From Zygnema circumcarinatum SAG 698-1b (lineage: Eukaryota; Plantae; Zygnematophyceae), in contig CM074805.1 of assembly GCA_037447605.1 (NCBI GenBank), positions 248,001 through 312,000 on the forward strand: DNA of 64,000 bases, in the 5' to 3' direction. Positions 1 to 10,245 of this stretch are shown here, piece by piece (position 1 is the stretch's first letter; each line of letters opens with the position of its first letter). The notes beneath the pieces are model-generated. The model saw only the letters and a list, made by a program, of their open reading frames with translations. It ran no database searches and was not told the DNA's origin. The position numbers and the translations under genes were made by a program.

Positions 1-1741
1 GTGTCATTTTCTTGCCAATGTAGAAGCCATAAATTTCCCCTCTTGTGTCTCAGGCTCTCTGCAATGCGAACGATGTGAGTCCTTCAAATTTGGGATGCGG
101 TTAGGCCTTGAATTGTGTCGTAAATGCTTTGTTTCAAGGCTGAAGCCGAAGGGCCGACGCTTGTACTTTGCTGAGCATGATTTAAAATAAGAAGAAAAGG
201 ACCATAACGAAAGTGCTTTACAGGAGCTTCGGAGGTAACTCCTCACTAACTATACCATTGGAAACCTCGTGAGAGGTGCAATTGGATAACGATGCATTGC
301 GTCGTCTGCTTCATATCACACTGAGGGGAAAAGGCTGGAGCCTTAAGCAACCTAATATGTTAAGTACTAATAAGAGTTTTTTTGGTGGATGGAATGTGCA
401 GCCTTGGCCCCCCAACGCGATTCTATGTGCAACGAGCCCTTCTCGGGACTTGATGTCACTTGCAAGCACGGGGGGGGTCCAGCCAGGAGGCAGCCTTGGG
501 GGTGACTTAGGGCTCCACTTTGGGCTCTCTTTGCCCTTCCACATGGAGGCCTCCACGTACGTACAATGCGTCGCTGAGCTGGCGGCGGCGCGGGGGCTTC
601 CCCTTGGGGGCACTCGGGAGGAGTGGGAGGACTCGGCCCTTGATTGGGCGGCACAAGTGCGGGCAGGCGTGCCCCAGTGGGCGCACAAGTACGATGTTCT
701 GGCGGCTGGGCAGTACGTGCACTACCGAGCAGCTCAGGAATACAGCTTGAGATAGAGGGAGCGAGGGAGGGACGCTTGAATTGCGACATTTGCTGTCTTT
801 GAGAAGAGGAGGGAGAATAGTGGTAGTGAACGAAGCTGAAGGACAGATACCTCTTCCTTATGTCAATAATAATTCTATTTTTGAGAGTACTGCTACCTCT
901 CATCATGTATGAAACAATTAAGCAAATAGGCAGTCATTGTATAATAAAACGAGAGGCTCAAAGAAAAGTAAACTTCTTTCCAAATTGAACATAAAAGTGA
1001 CAAATCAGTGAAACATAACACTTTATTGTCTTTTTCGAAAAATCGTCAGGGTAAGACAAAAAAGAAGTGTTCAAAGTATGGCCGGTGGTTTTGCCGCCCT
1101 CTCCAACTTTCCACTAAGAGGGTTAAAAAGCTTTCATTTGGATAATCAAAAGCAACGACAACTTAAATCAAAATGAACTATACTATAGTGATTACTATAC
1201 TATAGTGATTACTGTCCTCTTAAGGGACCGTTGTTCAGCAATTTTTATTTCAACAAAACTCAACGCCATCAAAGGCTTGGGAGGTGCCCGACTACCCTTA
1301 CTACGTGGTGCATTGGCTGATGCCTATGCCCATGCCCTTGCCCCTATGCTCCATGACACAAAATGCAATTGAACTCTAAGACACAAAATGCAATTGAACT
1401 GAGTCAAAATTTCAATCTCTTATAAATTTTTTGGATTTACTTCATCATTTTTGAAACAAATTCAATTTCCATTTTTTTATTCTTTTTGCCTACAAGCTTT
1501 AGCCAAAAACTCACCATATTACGCGATGATTGGTAACTTTTAACTACTAAAAAAATCTCAAACCCTATTTGCAATGAAATTTGGTTTTTAGTTGCTAGTC
1601 GACCCCTTAGCAAGCTTTACATGACGCTAATGCTTGAACTGCTAATAGCAACATCAATGGCGTTCGCATGGCAAACTCTATGTCGCACTTCCTGCCATTT
1701 TTACCGTTTGATTTAAAAGACAAGTACGAAATAGAGTCCAC
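1..1741. repeat. Apparently exact direct copy of 2101-3841 (period 2100), ending at a 10-N gap; probable assembly duplication
   Basis: The ORF track repeats identically with a +2100 offset. Identity stops at 1741, immediately before N 1742-1751. Confidence 0.9.
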
Positions 1742-1989
1742 NNNNNNNNNNGCAATAGTTATGGATGATCTTTCATTTCGAGTAAGTGGATGATGGTTAA
1801 TGCATCATCTTTTTCACACTTGCGATGCATTCTCGACATGGTAGGATTTTGGGAGTGCACGTGTACTGAAATTGCATATTGTTCGCTTTATAATATGCAT
1901 TCACAAAAATATGTCCAAAAGAATACAGGCCTTCATCGTCCAGCTACATTTTCAATACTTTCTTCGTAGTAGCAAAACCAGCAAAACTT

Positions 1990-2855
1990 GACTGTTGATA
2001 AGGTACCCGTGCGTGCAGGCTGGTGAAGAAGGCTACTTGACACTCAAGTGGAAGCTTGAGGGAGCTCGACAAGTGAGTCTATTGTCTATGTGCCTCACTT
2101 GTGTCATTTTCTTGCCAATGTAGAAGCCATAAATTTCCCCTCTTGTGTCTCAGGCTCTCTGCAATGCGAACGATGTGAGTCCTTCAAATTTGGGATGCGG
2201 TTAGGCCTTGAATTGTGTCGTAAATGCTTTGTTTCAAGGCTGAAGCCGAAGGGCCGACGCTTGTACTTTGCTGAGCATGATTTAAAATAAGAAGAAAAGG
2301 ACCATAACGAAAGTGCTTTACAGGAGCTTCGGAGGTAACTCCTCACTAACTATACCATTGGAAACCTCGTGAGAGGTGCAATTGGATAACGATGCATTGC
2401 GTCGTCTGCTTCATATCACACTGAGGGGAAAAGGCTGGAGCCTTAAGCAACCTAATATGTTAAGTACTAATAAGAGTTTTTTTGGTGGATGGAATGTGCA
2501 GCCTTGGCCCCCCAACGCGATTCTATGTGCAACGAGCCCTTCTCGGGACTTGATGTCACTTGCAAGCACGGGGGGGGTCCAGCCAGGAGGCAGCCTTGGG
2601 GGTGACTTAGGGCTCCACTTTGGGCTCTCTTTGCCCTTCCACATGGAGGCCTCCACGTACGTACAATGCGTCGCTGAGCTGGCGGCGGCGCGGGGGCTTC
2701 CCCTTGGGGGCACTCGGGAGGAGTGGGAGGACTCGGCCCTTGATTGGGCGGCACAAGTGCGGGCAGGCGTGCCCCAGTGGGCGCACAAGTACGATGTTCT
2801 GGCGGCTGGGCAGTACGTGCACTACCGAGCAGCTCAGGAATACAGCTTGAGATAG
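1990..2855 (+). pseudogene. Degenerate spliced gene, possibly a DUF815-like AAA+ ATPase homolog
   Basis: GTGAGT donor at 2073 and TCTCAG acceptor ending at 2153. Peptide blocks GEEGYLTLKWKLEGARQ, ELRR/VQLDNDALRRLL, PPNAILCATSPSRDL and FGLSLPFHMEASTYVQCVAELAAARGLPL..EDSALDWAA. There is a frameshift relative to the second copy near 2018 and an apparent in-frame TAA at 2288-2290. Family assignment is from recalled motif order only. Confidence 0.4.
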
Positions 2856-4771
2856 AGGGAGCGAGGGAGGGACGCTTGAATTGCGACATTTGCTGTCTTT
2901 GAGAAGAGGAGGGAGAATAGTGGTAGTGAACGAAGCTGAAGGACAGATACCTCTTCCTTATGTCAATAATAATTCTATTTTTGAGAGTACTGCTACCTCT
3001 CATCATGTATGAAACAATTAAGCAAATAGGCAGTCATTGTATAATAAAACGAGAGGCTCAAAGAAAAGTAAACTTCTTTCCAAATTGAACATAAAAGTGA
3101 CAAATCAGTGAAACATAACACTTTATTGTCTTTTTCGAAAAATCGTCAGGGTAAGACAAAAAAGAAGTGTTCAAAGTATGGCCGGTGGTTTTGCCGCCCT
3201 CTCCAACTTTCCACTAAGAGGGTTAAAAAGCTTTCATTTGGATAATCAAAAGCAACGACAACTTAAATCAAAATGAACTATACTATAGTGATTACTATAC
3301 TATAGTGATTACTGTCCTCTTAAGGGACCGTTGTTCAGCAATTTTTATTTCAACAAAACTCAACGCCATCAAAGGCTTGGGAGGTGCCCGACTACCCTTA
3401 CTACGTGGTGCATTGGCTGATGCCTATGCCCATGCCCTTGCCCCTATGCTCCATGACACAAAATGCAATTGAACTCTAAGACACAAAATGCAATTGAACT
3501 GAGTCAAAATTTCAATCTCTTATAAATTTTTTGGATTTACTTCATCATTTTTGAAACAAATTCAATTTCCATTTTTTTATTCTTTTTGCCTACAAGCTTT
3601 AGCCAAAAACTCACCATATTACGCGATGATTGGTAACTTTTAACTACTAAAAAAATCTCAAACCCTATTTGCAATGAAATTTGGTTTTTAGTTGCTAGTC
3701 GACCCCTTAGCAAGCTTTACATGACGCTAATGCTTGAACTGCTAATAGCAACATCAATGGCGTTCGCATGGCAAACTCTATGTCGCACTTCCTGCCATTT
3801 TTACCGTTTGATTTAAAAGACAAGTACGAAATAGAGTCCACTATGCAACAAGATGCCATTGGTGTCACCATCGACAGTCCAAGAATTAGTGTTACGTAAA
3901 AATTGCTAAGAATCCGATTGACAACCAAAAATCAAAGTTTCATCGCTATAAGTTCAAGAATGTCCAAAGAAACCCAAAAAACAATTACTAGCAAACATTT
4001 TTTTTGTAGGGCCAAAGCCACCAATCATCGTGCAAGCGAGCAAAACTACACTTAGAGCTCTAATTGCAGGCAACAAAAAAGAAAAGTTTGGAGATTCAAT
4101 TTACTGCCAAAAAACAATAAGGGGTCAATTTTACTACCGTGTAAGGTCGAAAATTTCAGTTTAATTGCGTTGTGTAAAGGAGCAAACTGATTTTTTGCAA
4201 AAACTTTGGTTAAACAAATTTTCGAGCATGAAAAGGGGCGCAAAAGCAAGTAACAAGGTTTTCTTGACTTGTGCAACGTATTGCTTCATAATCGTGGCAT
4301 TGACGTGGCATCGCCACACACTGCCACGTGGCATCCCATCGTGCGGTTACAAGGTTGCGCAACTAAACGTCACACCGCAATCGAACGGCCCAAATTCTTG
4401 CGCCTCTGCATGGGCATGTCGAAGCGTGCGAGCGACATCGATCCCATGCATGCCGCATGTCCAACCGCATCACTAGCCGACGCTACCATGCAATCCCATG
4501 CAACGCAACACGCAACCATCCACTGCGTTCCTCCAACATAACTATGAACATTTCAAGAAAGAAAGTAGATGAACATGCCCAAGATCGCACGCACACATCC
4601 GCCCCACAACACCCGCCAACAAATTATAGCAAAGCGCAGCATGGTATTGCACAGCCATGGACTCTCCAGCTGAGAAATGACGTCTCCTGACCCATCATGC
4701 ATGCACGCATGCACCAAGAAGAGCAACAAGATCAAGCATGTGCTGCAACGACAAAGGTGGCGTGATTTGAG

Positions 4772-4817
4772 TGGAGGGATCGAACCCTCAACCTTCGGTT
4801 AATAGAACCGCTGCTCT
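4772..4817 (-). other. Partial tRNA-like sequence (anticodon arm plus T-arm/B-box) inside a ~147 bp insertion
   Basis: The minus strand reads AGAGCAGCGGTTCTATTAACCGAAGGTTGAGGGTTCGATCCCTCC, with a GGTTCGATCC B-box and a GAGGG/CCCTC T-stem. No acceptor stem or complete D-arm is visible. Confidence 0.45.
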
Positions 4818-5477
4818 CACTCACCTTCATCTCCCATCCTCATCACAAGTTCGAGAGAGCTCTCCTCCATCCTCGGCGCACACGCAGAACCCACAGCTCG
4901 CCCTCCCCCATATCCCCGTCCCTCCATAACCCCATGCCATGCCGTGCTGCGCCCTGTCCTCCCCTCCCCTCCCCTCCCCTCCCCTCCCCTCCCCTCCCCT
5001 GAGTCGCCTCTCCCTCTCCCTCTCCCTCTCCCTCCCTCAAATCCCCGCTCCCTCCCCTGTGTCCCCTCTCCCTCTCCCTCTCCCTCTCCCTCCCCCTCCC
5101 TTAAGTCCGCGCTCCCTCGCCTCCCCATCGGCCCCGCCCCGCCCCGTCGCCCGAGGGAGCCCGACGTCTCCCTCTCGTCTTCGCCGGCCGCCGATGACGA
5201 CGCGTGGACGGACGCCGCGCTGCCACGTGGCGCCACGTCAGCAGCGCCATGCGTGCCATGCGCACGTGCCAGCCTGGCGCGCATCGGCCGTAATACTCTT
5301 TGTGCACGTTGTGCGGCCACCGACATTTGGCGCGTACACGGACACCAACATTTCCAGCAACTTAAACAACAACAACATGAACAACAACTTGCGCAACAAC
5401 AACAACAACAACACCAATGTCATGAACAACAACTTATTCTTTATTTCACATGAACACGCCAAACAAGCTCTCCCTCT

Positions 5478-8400
5478 TTAAGTGCGCGCGCTCTCCTGCA
5501 AACTGAGACCCTCAAACTCGAACACCACCGCCCCCCTCTCTCCCTCCCCGCCCTCTCCCTCCCCCTCCCCCTTCAGCAAGTCCCTGACCTCCGCCCTCTC
5601 GTCCTCGTCCGTACACGCGCCCAAGAGCGCTTTCCGCGCGCCCTTGTCGGGGCTCAGCCCCGCGTCGAGCATCTCCTTGAAGGTGAAGTACGCGTTGTCG
5701 AAGTCCCCCGCCTCCGCGTATACGCTCACAATGGAGGAGTATACGGCCACATTGGGAGCGATCCCCGCCCCTTGCATCTCCGTGAACTTGGTCACCGCTC
5801 CGTTCACATCACAGATTTTACGGTATCCGTTGATGAGCACGTTGTAGCTGGTCTGTGTCGGTTTGATCTTCTCTCTCTTCATCCTCCGGAAGGTCCTCTC
5901 TGCGTCGTCCATGGCTCCCGCGTGGCAGTAGGCGTCTATGAGAGCAGTGAATGCCGACACCGTCGGCTTTAATCTGCAAAAGAAGATCGGTTAGTCATAG
6001 AGCTTGGAGAAGTACTTGTTCAGTGTCCTTTCAAAATGCGCCAAGAAGAGGGTTTCAGTTCTTCCTTACTTGTTATCAATCATTTCTTCGAAGACGAGTG
6101 CCGCCTTATCCACCTCGTCTGCTTTGCCGTATGCGTCGACCAAAGCACTGTAGGTCGCTACTGTCGGACTGAAACCCGGAAACATCCGTTCAACATCGGT
6201 TTCCATGTCAGTTCAACGACTGCGAATTTGAGACAGACCCAACATGGAACAGCTCCAATGCTCCAGAATTCCAGTAACCCTGATCCTACCAGAAACCCTA
6301 AAGGCTCTGAAAGACCTACAAACCCTTCATTTCTTTATACGATATAAGATAGCCTTAAAACCCTTAAACCACCCGGAAAAGCTTATTGGTTTATGCAACA
6401 GAAGATGCAAGCCAGCAAATAACAGTACCGTATTCTGCAGCAGATCATGTCTCTGAATACTTGCTGGGCTTCCTCAGCCCTCCCTTGCCGGCCATATGCT
6501 GTGAGAAGTGTCGTATATGTGAACACGTCGGGTTGAATTCCTGCCTCCTGCATCTGTGGGTGGGCGAAAATACACAAATAAAAACAAAGGAAAAAGGAAA
6601 AGCAGGAAAAGGATAAATGTGGTGGAGAGCTGTAGGGCAGGAACGCAACACCCTGTGATTGAAGACATTCGAAATAGACCGAAACGAAGCCCTAGAACAA
6701 GTACGTATCGTAAGTCTGATATCGTACCTGGCGAAATACTGATTCCGCCTCCCGACTCCGCAGCTGCCGAGAGTACATGTCAATCATTGTGTTGAAAGTG
6801 ACAAGAGTTGGTTTGCAAAGTCCTCCTTTCATTTTCTTGAACAGTCGAACTGCATCTTCAGATCGTTCCGTTCGAATGTACGCAGACAGGACCGTGTTGT
6901 ACATTTGGGTGTCCGGGACTAACTCCGAGTTTTCTGATTGACATAACCTCTCGAACAAGGATTCCAATTCGGGAAGTTTTTTTGCCTGCCCCGGAGAAAG
7001 CGACCAATACCTTGTCACAATCGGAATCATCGTCGTGACATACAGGCGAGGGAGGGGCGAGGCAGAGTGAGGGACAGTGAGCAGGAGCGCAAGCCCGAAA
7101 GGAGGGGAAGAGGGGGAGAGTGGGAGAGAGGGGAGGGAGAGAAAGAGAGAGAGAGAGCGCTCACCTGACTATACGCCTGCAGCAGCGTCTGATATGTCAC
7201 CCTTGTCGGTGCCGGGCCCAATGTCTCCATTCTCCTAAGCAAGGCTTCAGCCTGACTGAGCTGATTCCGTCGTGCGTATGCTTCTAGGAGTGCAGTGAAG
7301 GCCACCCTGTTGGGAGGCAGCCCTGCTTCCGCCATTCTGTTGAAGGCCTCCTGAGCCTCCGCGGCCTTCCCCATCTTGGCATAGGCCGAGATGAGCATGG
7401 CGTAGTTCACAGCGTCCCATGTCCACCATTCTTCCTTGCGGAGCCATTCCATGATCTGCAGACACCCCGCACATTTCAGTTTCACAAAAGGACAGCGGAA
7501 GGGACAGGGAGAGAGGGGGCGCTGCTCAGGGTGGGATCAGTTTAATGAAAGCGGAGCGAAATGGAGAAAAGAGGCAGGCATCACGAGGGACAGGGCAGTT
7601 AGAATGAAGGCAGGGTTGGAGTTAGCTTTAGCGTTAGGATTAGGATTAGGGATAGGGCTAGGGTGCGGGGTGCGGGGAGGGGGGAGGGGGGGGGGGGGGG
7701 GGGNNNNNNNNNNGGTTAGTAGGGTTAGGGTTCGGATTCGAGCTAGAGTTAGGGTTAGGGTTAGCGAGAGAGTTAGCATCAGGCTTGCGGTTGGGGATAG
7801 GATAAGAATAAGGCTAGGATTGTGGTCAGGGTAGTGTTATGGTTGGGATAAGTTGGGGTTGGGGTTAAAACGTAGAAAAATGGGTTAGACTTTGGGTTCA
7901 GTTTAGAGTTTTAGGGGTGGAGTCAAGGTTTGGGTTAGTGTGAGTGCTAGAAATAGGGCTAGAGTTAGAATTAGGGTTAAGATTGATGTTAGCGTTAAAG
8001 TTAGGGTTAGCGTGGGAGCTAGGGCTACAGTTGGGTTGAAGTTAGGGTAACGGTTAGGAATAGGTTGGAGTTAGATATAGGGTTAAGGATGGGGTTACAC
8101 TTAGGGTTGAGGTAAGCATAATGAGGTTGAGTTGCGGCTAGGGCTAGAGTTAGCATTAGGGTAATTGTTAGGGTTAGGTTACGATTGGAGCTAGTGTTCG
8201 GGTTACGATTAGGGCTCAGGTTAGGTGTAGAGTTCGGGTTACGGTTGGCAAAACTTACGGTTAGTGTTAGAAATGGGGCCAGGGTAAGAATTAGGGCTGG
8301 GGTCTATGGCTAGGGCTAGAGTTAGGGTTAGGGTTAAAGTTAGGGTGAGAGTTCAAGTTAGGGTTAGGGAGTTATGGCACGGATTAGGGTTCATGGTGGT

Positions 8401-8952
8401 CCGCACCTCTACCATGAAGCCCCAGTGCTTCCTCCGCTTCAGCTCCATAAGCACGCCAGCGATCAAACCTTTCGACTTTTTCCTAATTACAAGTGGTACT
8501 GCTCTTCCAAAGCGTTCTATGTCCCTCACAGTTCCGTTAACCTCCCGTTGACTCTGAGTGAGTTCCCTCTCGTCCTCCTTGGGCCATTGAATGCGTCCCC
8601 CCCCAACTTTGACTTTTTTGACTTTTGCGACGGCGGTCACAGAAAGAGTCCGAATTACATCCTCCTTTTTGGAAAGATTAAAGCTCTTCGAGTCTTTATT
8701 CAAGCCCTTCTTTATGGACGACTTTTCGCCAGAGAGAAATTCTGAGGCGACCCTCCCCCTATCAGTGAATTGCAAGGCCGGCTCCGCAATGGAGAGCCGC
8801 GAATTCAACGGCATTTTGGGACACATGGAGGAGGCCGTTGCAGGAGGATTTGTCACAAAATTTCTGAATTTTTTCACATAGAAAAAGGAGAAATCAGTCG
8901 CAGGCAGCAATGGCATCAATAACCCTACGAACCTGAACCCAGAAGTTTGCAT
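5478..8952 (-). CDS. P-class pentatricopeptide repeat protein, probably organelle-targeted (resembles the Arabidopsis At3g59040 type)
   Basis: Six exons join in frame at GT-AG sites: 8952-8407, 7455-7165, 6985-6728, 6553-6429, 6168-6070, 5973-5478. Tandem PPR motifs include NYAMLISAYAKMG, AFTALLEAYARRN, MYNTVLSAY, TYTTLLTAYGRQG, TYSALVDAYGKA and SYNVLINGY. The junction WGFMVE|IMEWLR recalls WNLVSEILEWLR of At3g59040. Confidence 0.92.
7620..8395 (+). repeat. Degenerate interstitial telomere-like (TTAGGG)n tract in PPR intron 1
   Basis: Dense GTTAGG/TTAGGG variants over ~780 bp, plus a poly-G run next to the N gap at ~7680-7713. Confidence 0.8.
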
Positions 8953-10245
8953 GTAAACGAGCTTCCACTTCTAGCCCCCCTGAACCCGAAATCCTCTTTC
9001 CAGAGCTCCTGCATTCTTAAACAAAAACCCTAAAACCCGAATTTTGAAACCCACTCCCAACCCCTCCCCCCCTTCCCCCCTTCCCCCCTTCCCCCCTTCC
9101 ACCTCCCCACCCAAGGGAAGCGCCACGTGTCAGGCAGGAAGGAAGACGACAAAAAGCTCACCCTAGCGCTGCGGCCCCGTGGCAGACGCCACGTGTCACG
9201 CAGGCAGCGGCCATCCTCAGAAGGCCCAGCAGCCGCCACGTGGAGGGCTGGGGTTTAGAGCGGACGGGTTCAGGGCGGAAGGAGCGTAGGGTTTAAGGAG
9301 CCTAAAAGCACGCCTCCCCAAACATAAATATCTCAGCCAAACACAGCCCAGCCCAGCCCAGCTACAACTGGCACTGGAACAGGATCATGTGGCCGTAGAG
9401 TCACACAGTTCCAGTTACCGTGGTCGCCGACGGGACAGTATACTGCCTCCAGTTACGAGCTAATGCCGTACATGTTTCGTAAGTGATGATGACGTCATTA
9501 GCACAGTTATCCGCGTCAATATTGTACGGTCTGCCAGTGAAAAAGTACGCGCGTACGTCATTCGTCCAGCCCGCACCAAAACGACAAATCAATATGGCAA
9601 GTCTTGGGCCAATCAAAGAAAGCGTGGTTTCCACCGACATGGTGGGCCCCACAGCCGTATCTTAAAAAACCCGATTATCCATTAACAAACTGTACTAAAA
9701 TTCCGTTTCCACCAATGGATGGTCGTCACGTATGCACATATTTAGACTTGAAAAACTCGCATTAAGAATGATGACGTCAGCTCACAACGGTCCAGGAAGT
9801 GCCAGCACTCGTGGTGCTGTAGCTTTCCGCAAGTGTGTAGTACAAAGCATGCGTTATTGTACCTCAGCAAACCGGTGCAAACCAGGCAAGCAGTCCTATC
9901 CAGTTTGGGTAAATGCCACGTTGGCGCTGACTGGACCCGAGGCCGCGGTACGTCATACGGGTCCACAGAGTCCACGTGGCACGCTCGCCTGCCGACACGT
10001 GGTTGGCTGTCGGGCGTCGCTGAGGGGACGAGGGCGCAAGGGCTTGACAGACGACACGTGGCACGGGAGGAGAAATTAGGTTCGGGGGAGAGGGAGAGAG
10101 AGAGGGAGAGGGAGAGGGAGAGGGAGAGGGAGGGAGAGAGGGATGGAGAGAGGCACAGGGGTTGAAAGAGAGAGAGAGAGGGCGAAGTGGTAGAGGGAGA
10201 GAGGAAGAGAGGGAGAGAGGGAGGGAGAGAGGAAGGGTGGGGGCC
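8953..10245. promoter_or_regulatory. Putative bidirectional promoter between PPR and LON2 with six G-box/ABRE motifs
   Basis: CACGTG at ~9124, ~9190 and ~9237 on the PPR side and ~9973, ~9996 and ~10055 on the LON2 side. The two start codons are head-to-head. Confidence 0.55.

Larger units (their letters stand above)
1990..5455 (+). repeat. Left copy of a ~3.4 kb diverged inverted duplication (partner 28280-35201)
   Basis: Colinear reverse-complement matches seen by eye: 1990-2700 vs 35201-34480; 2745-2820 vs 30920-30850; 2955-3100 vs 30700-30555; 3300-3390 vs 30340-30255; 3670-3790 vs 29950-29820; 4265-4560 vs 29530-29120; 4820-4930 vs 29030-28910; 5400-5455 vs 28340-28280. Confidence 0.9.
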
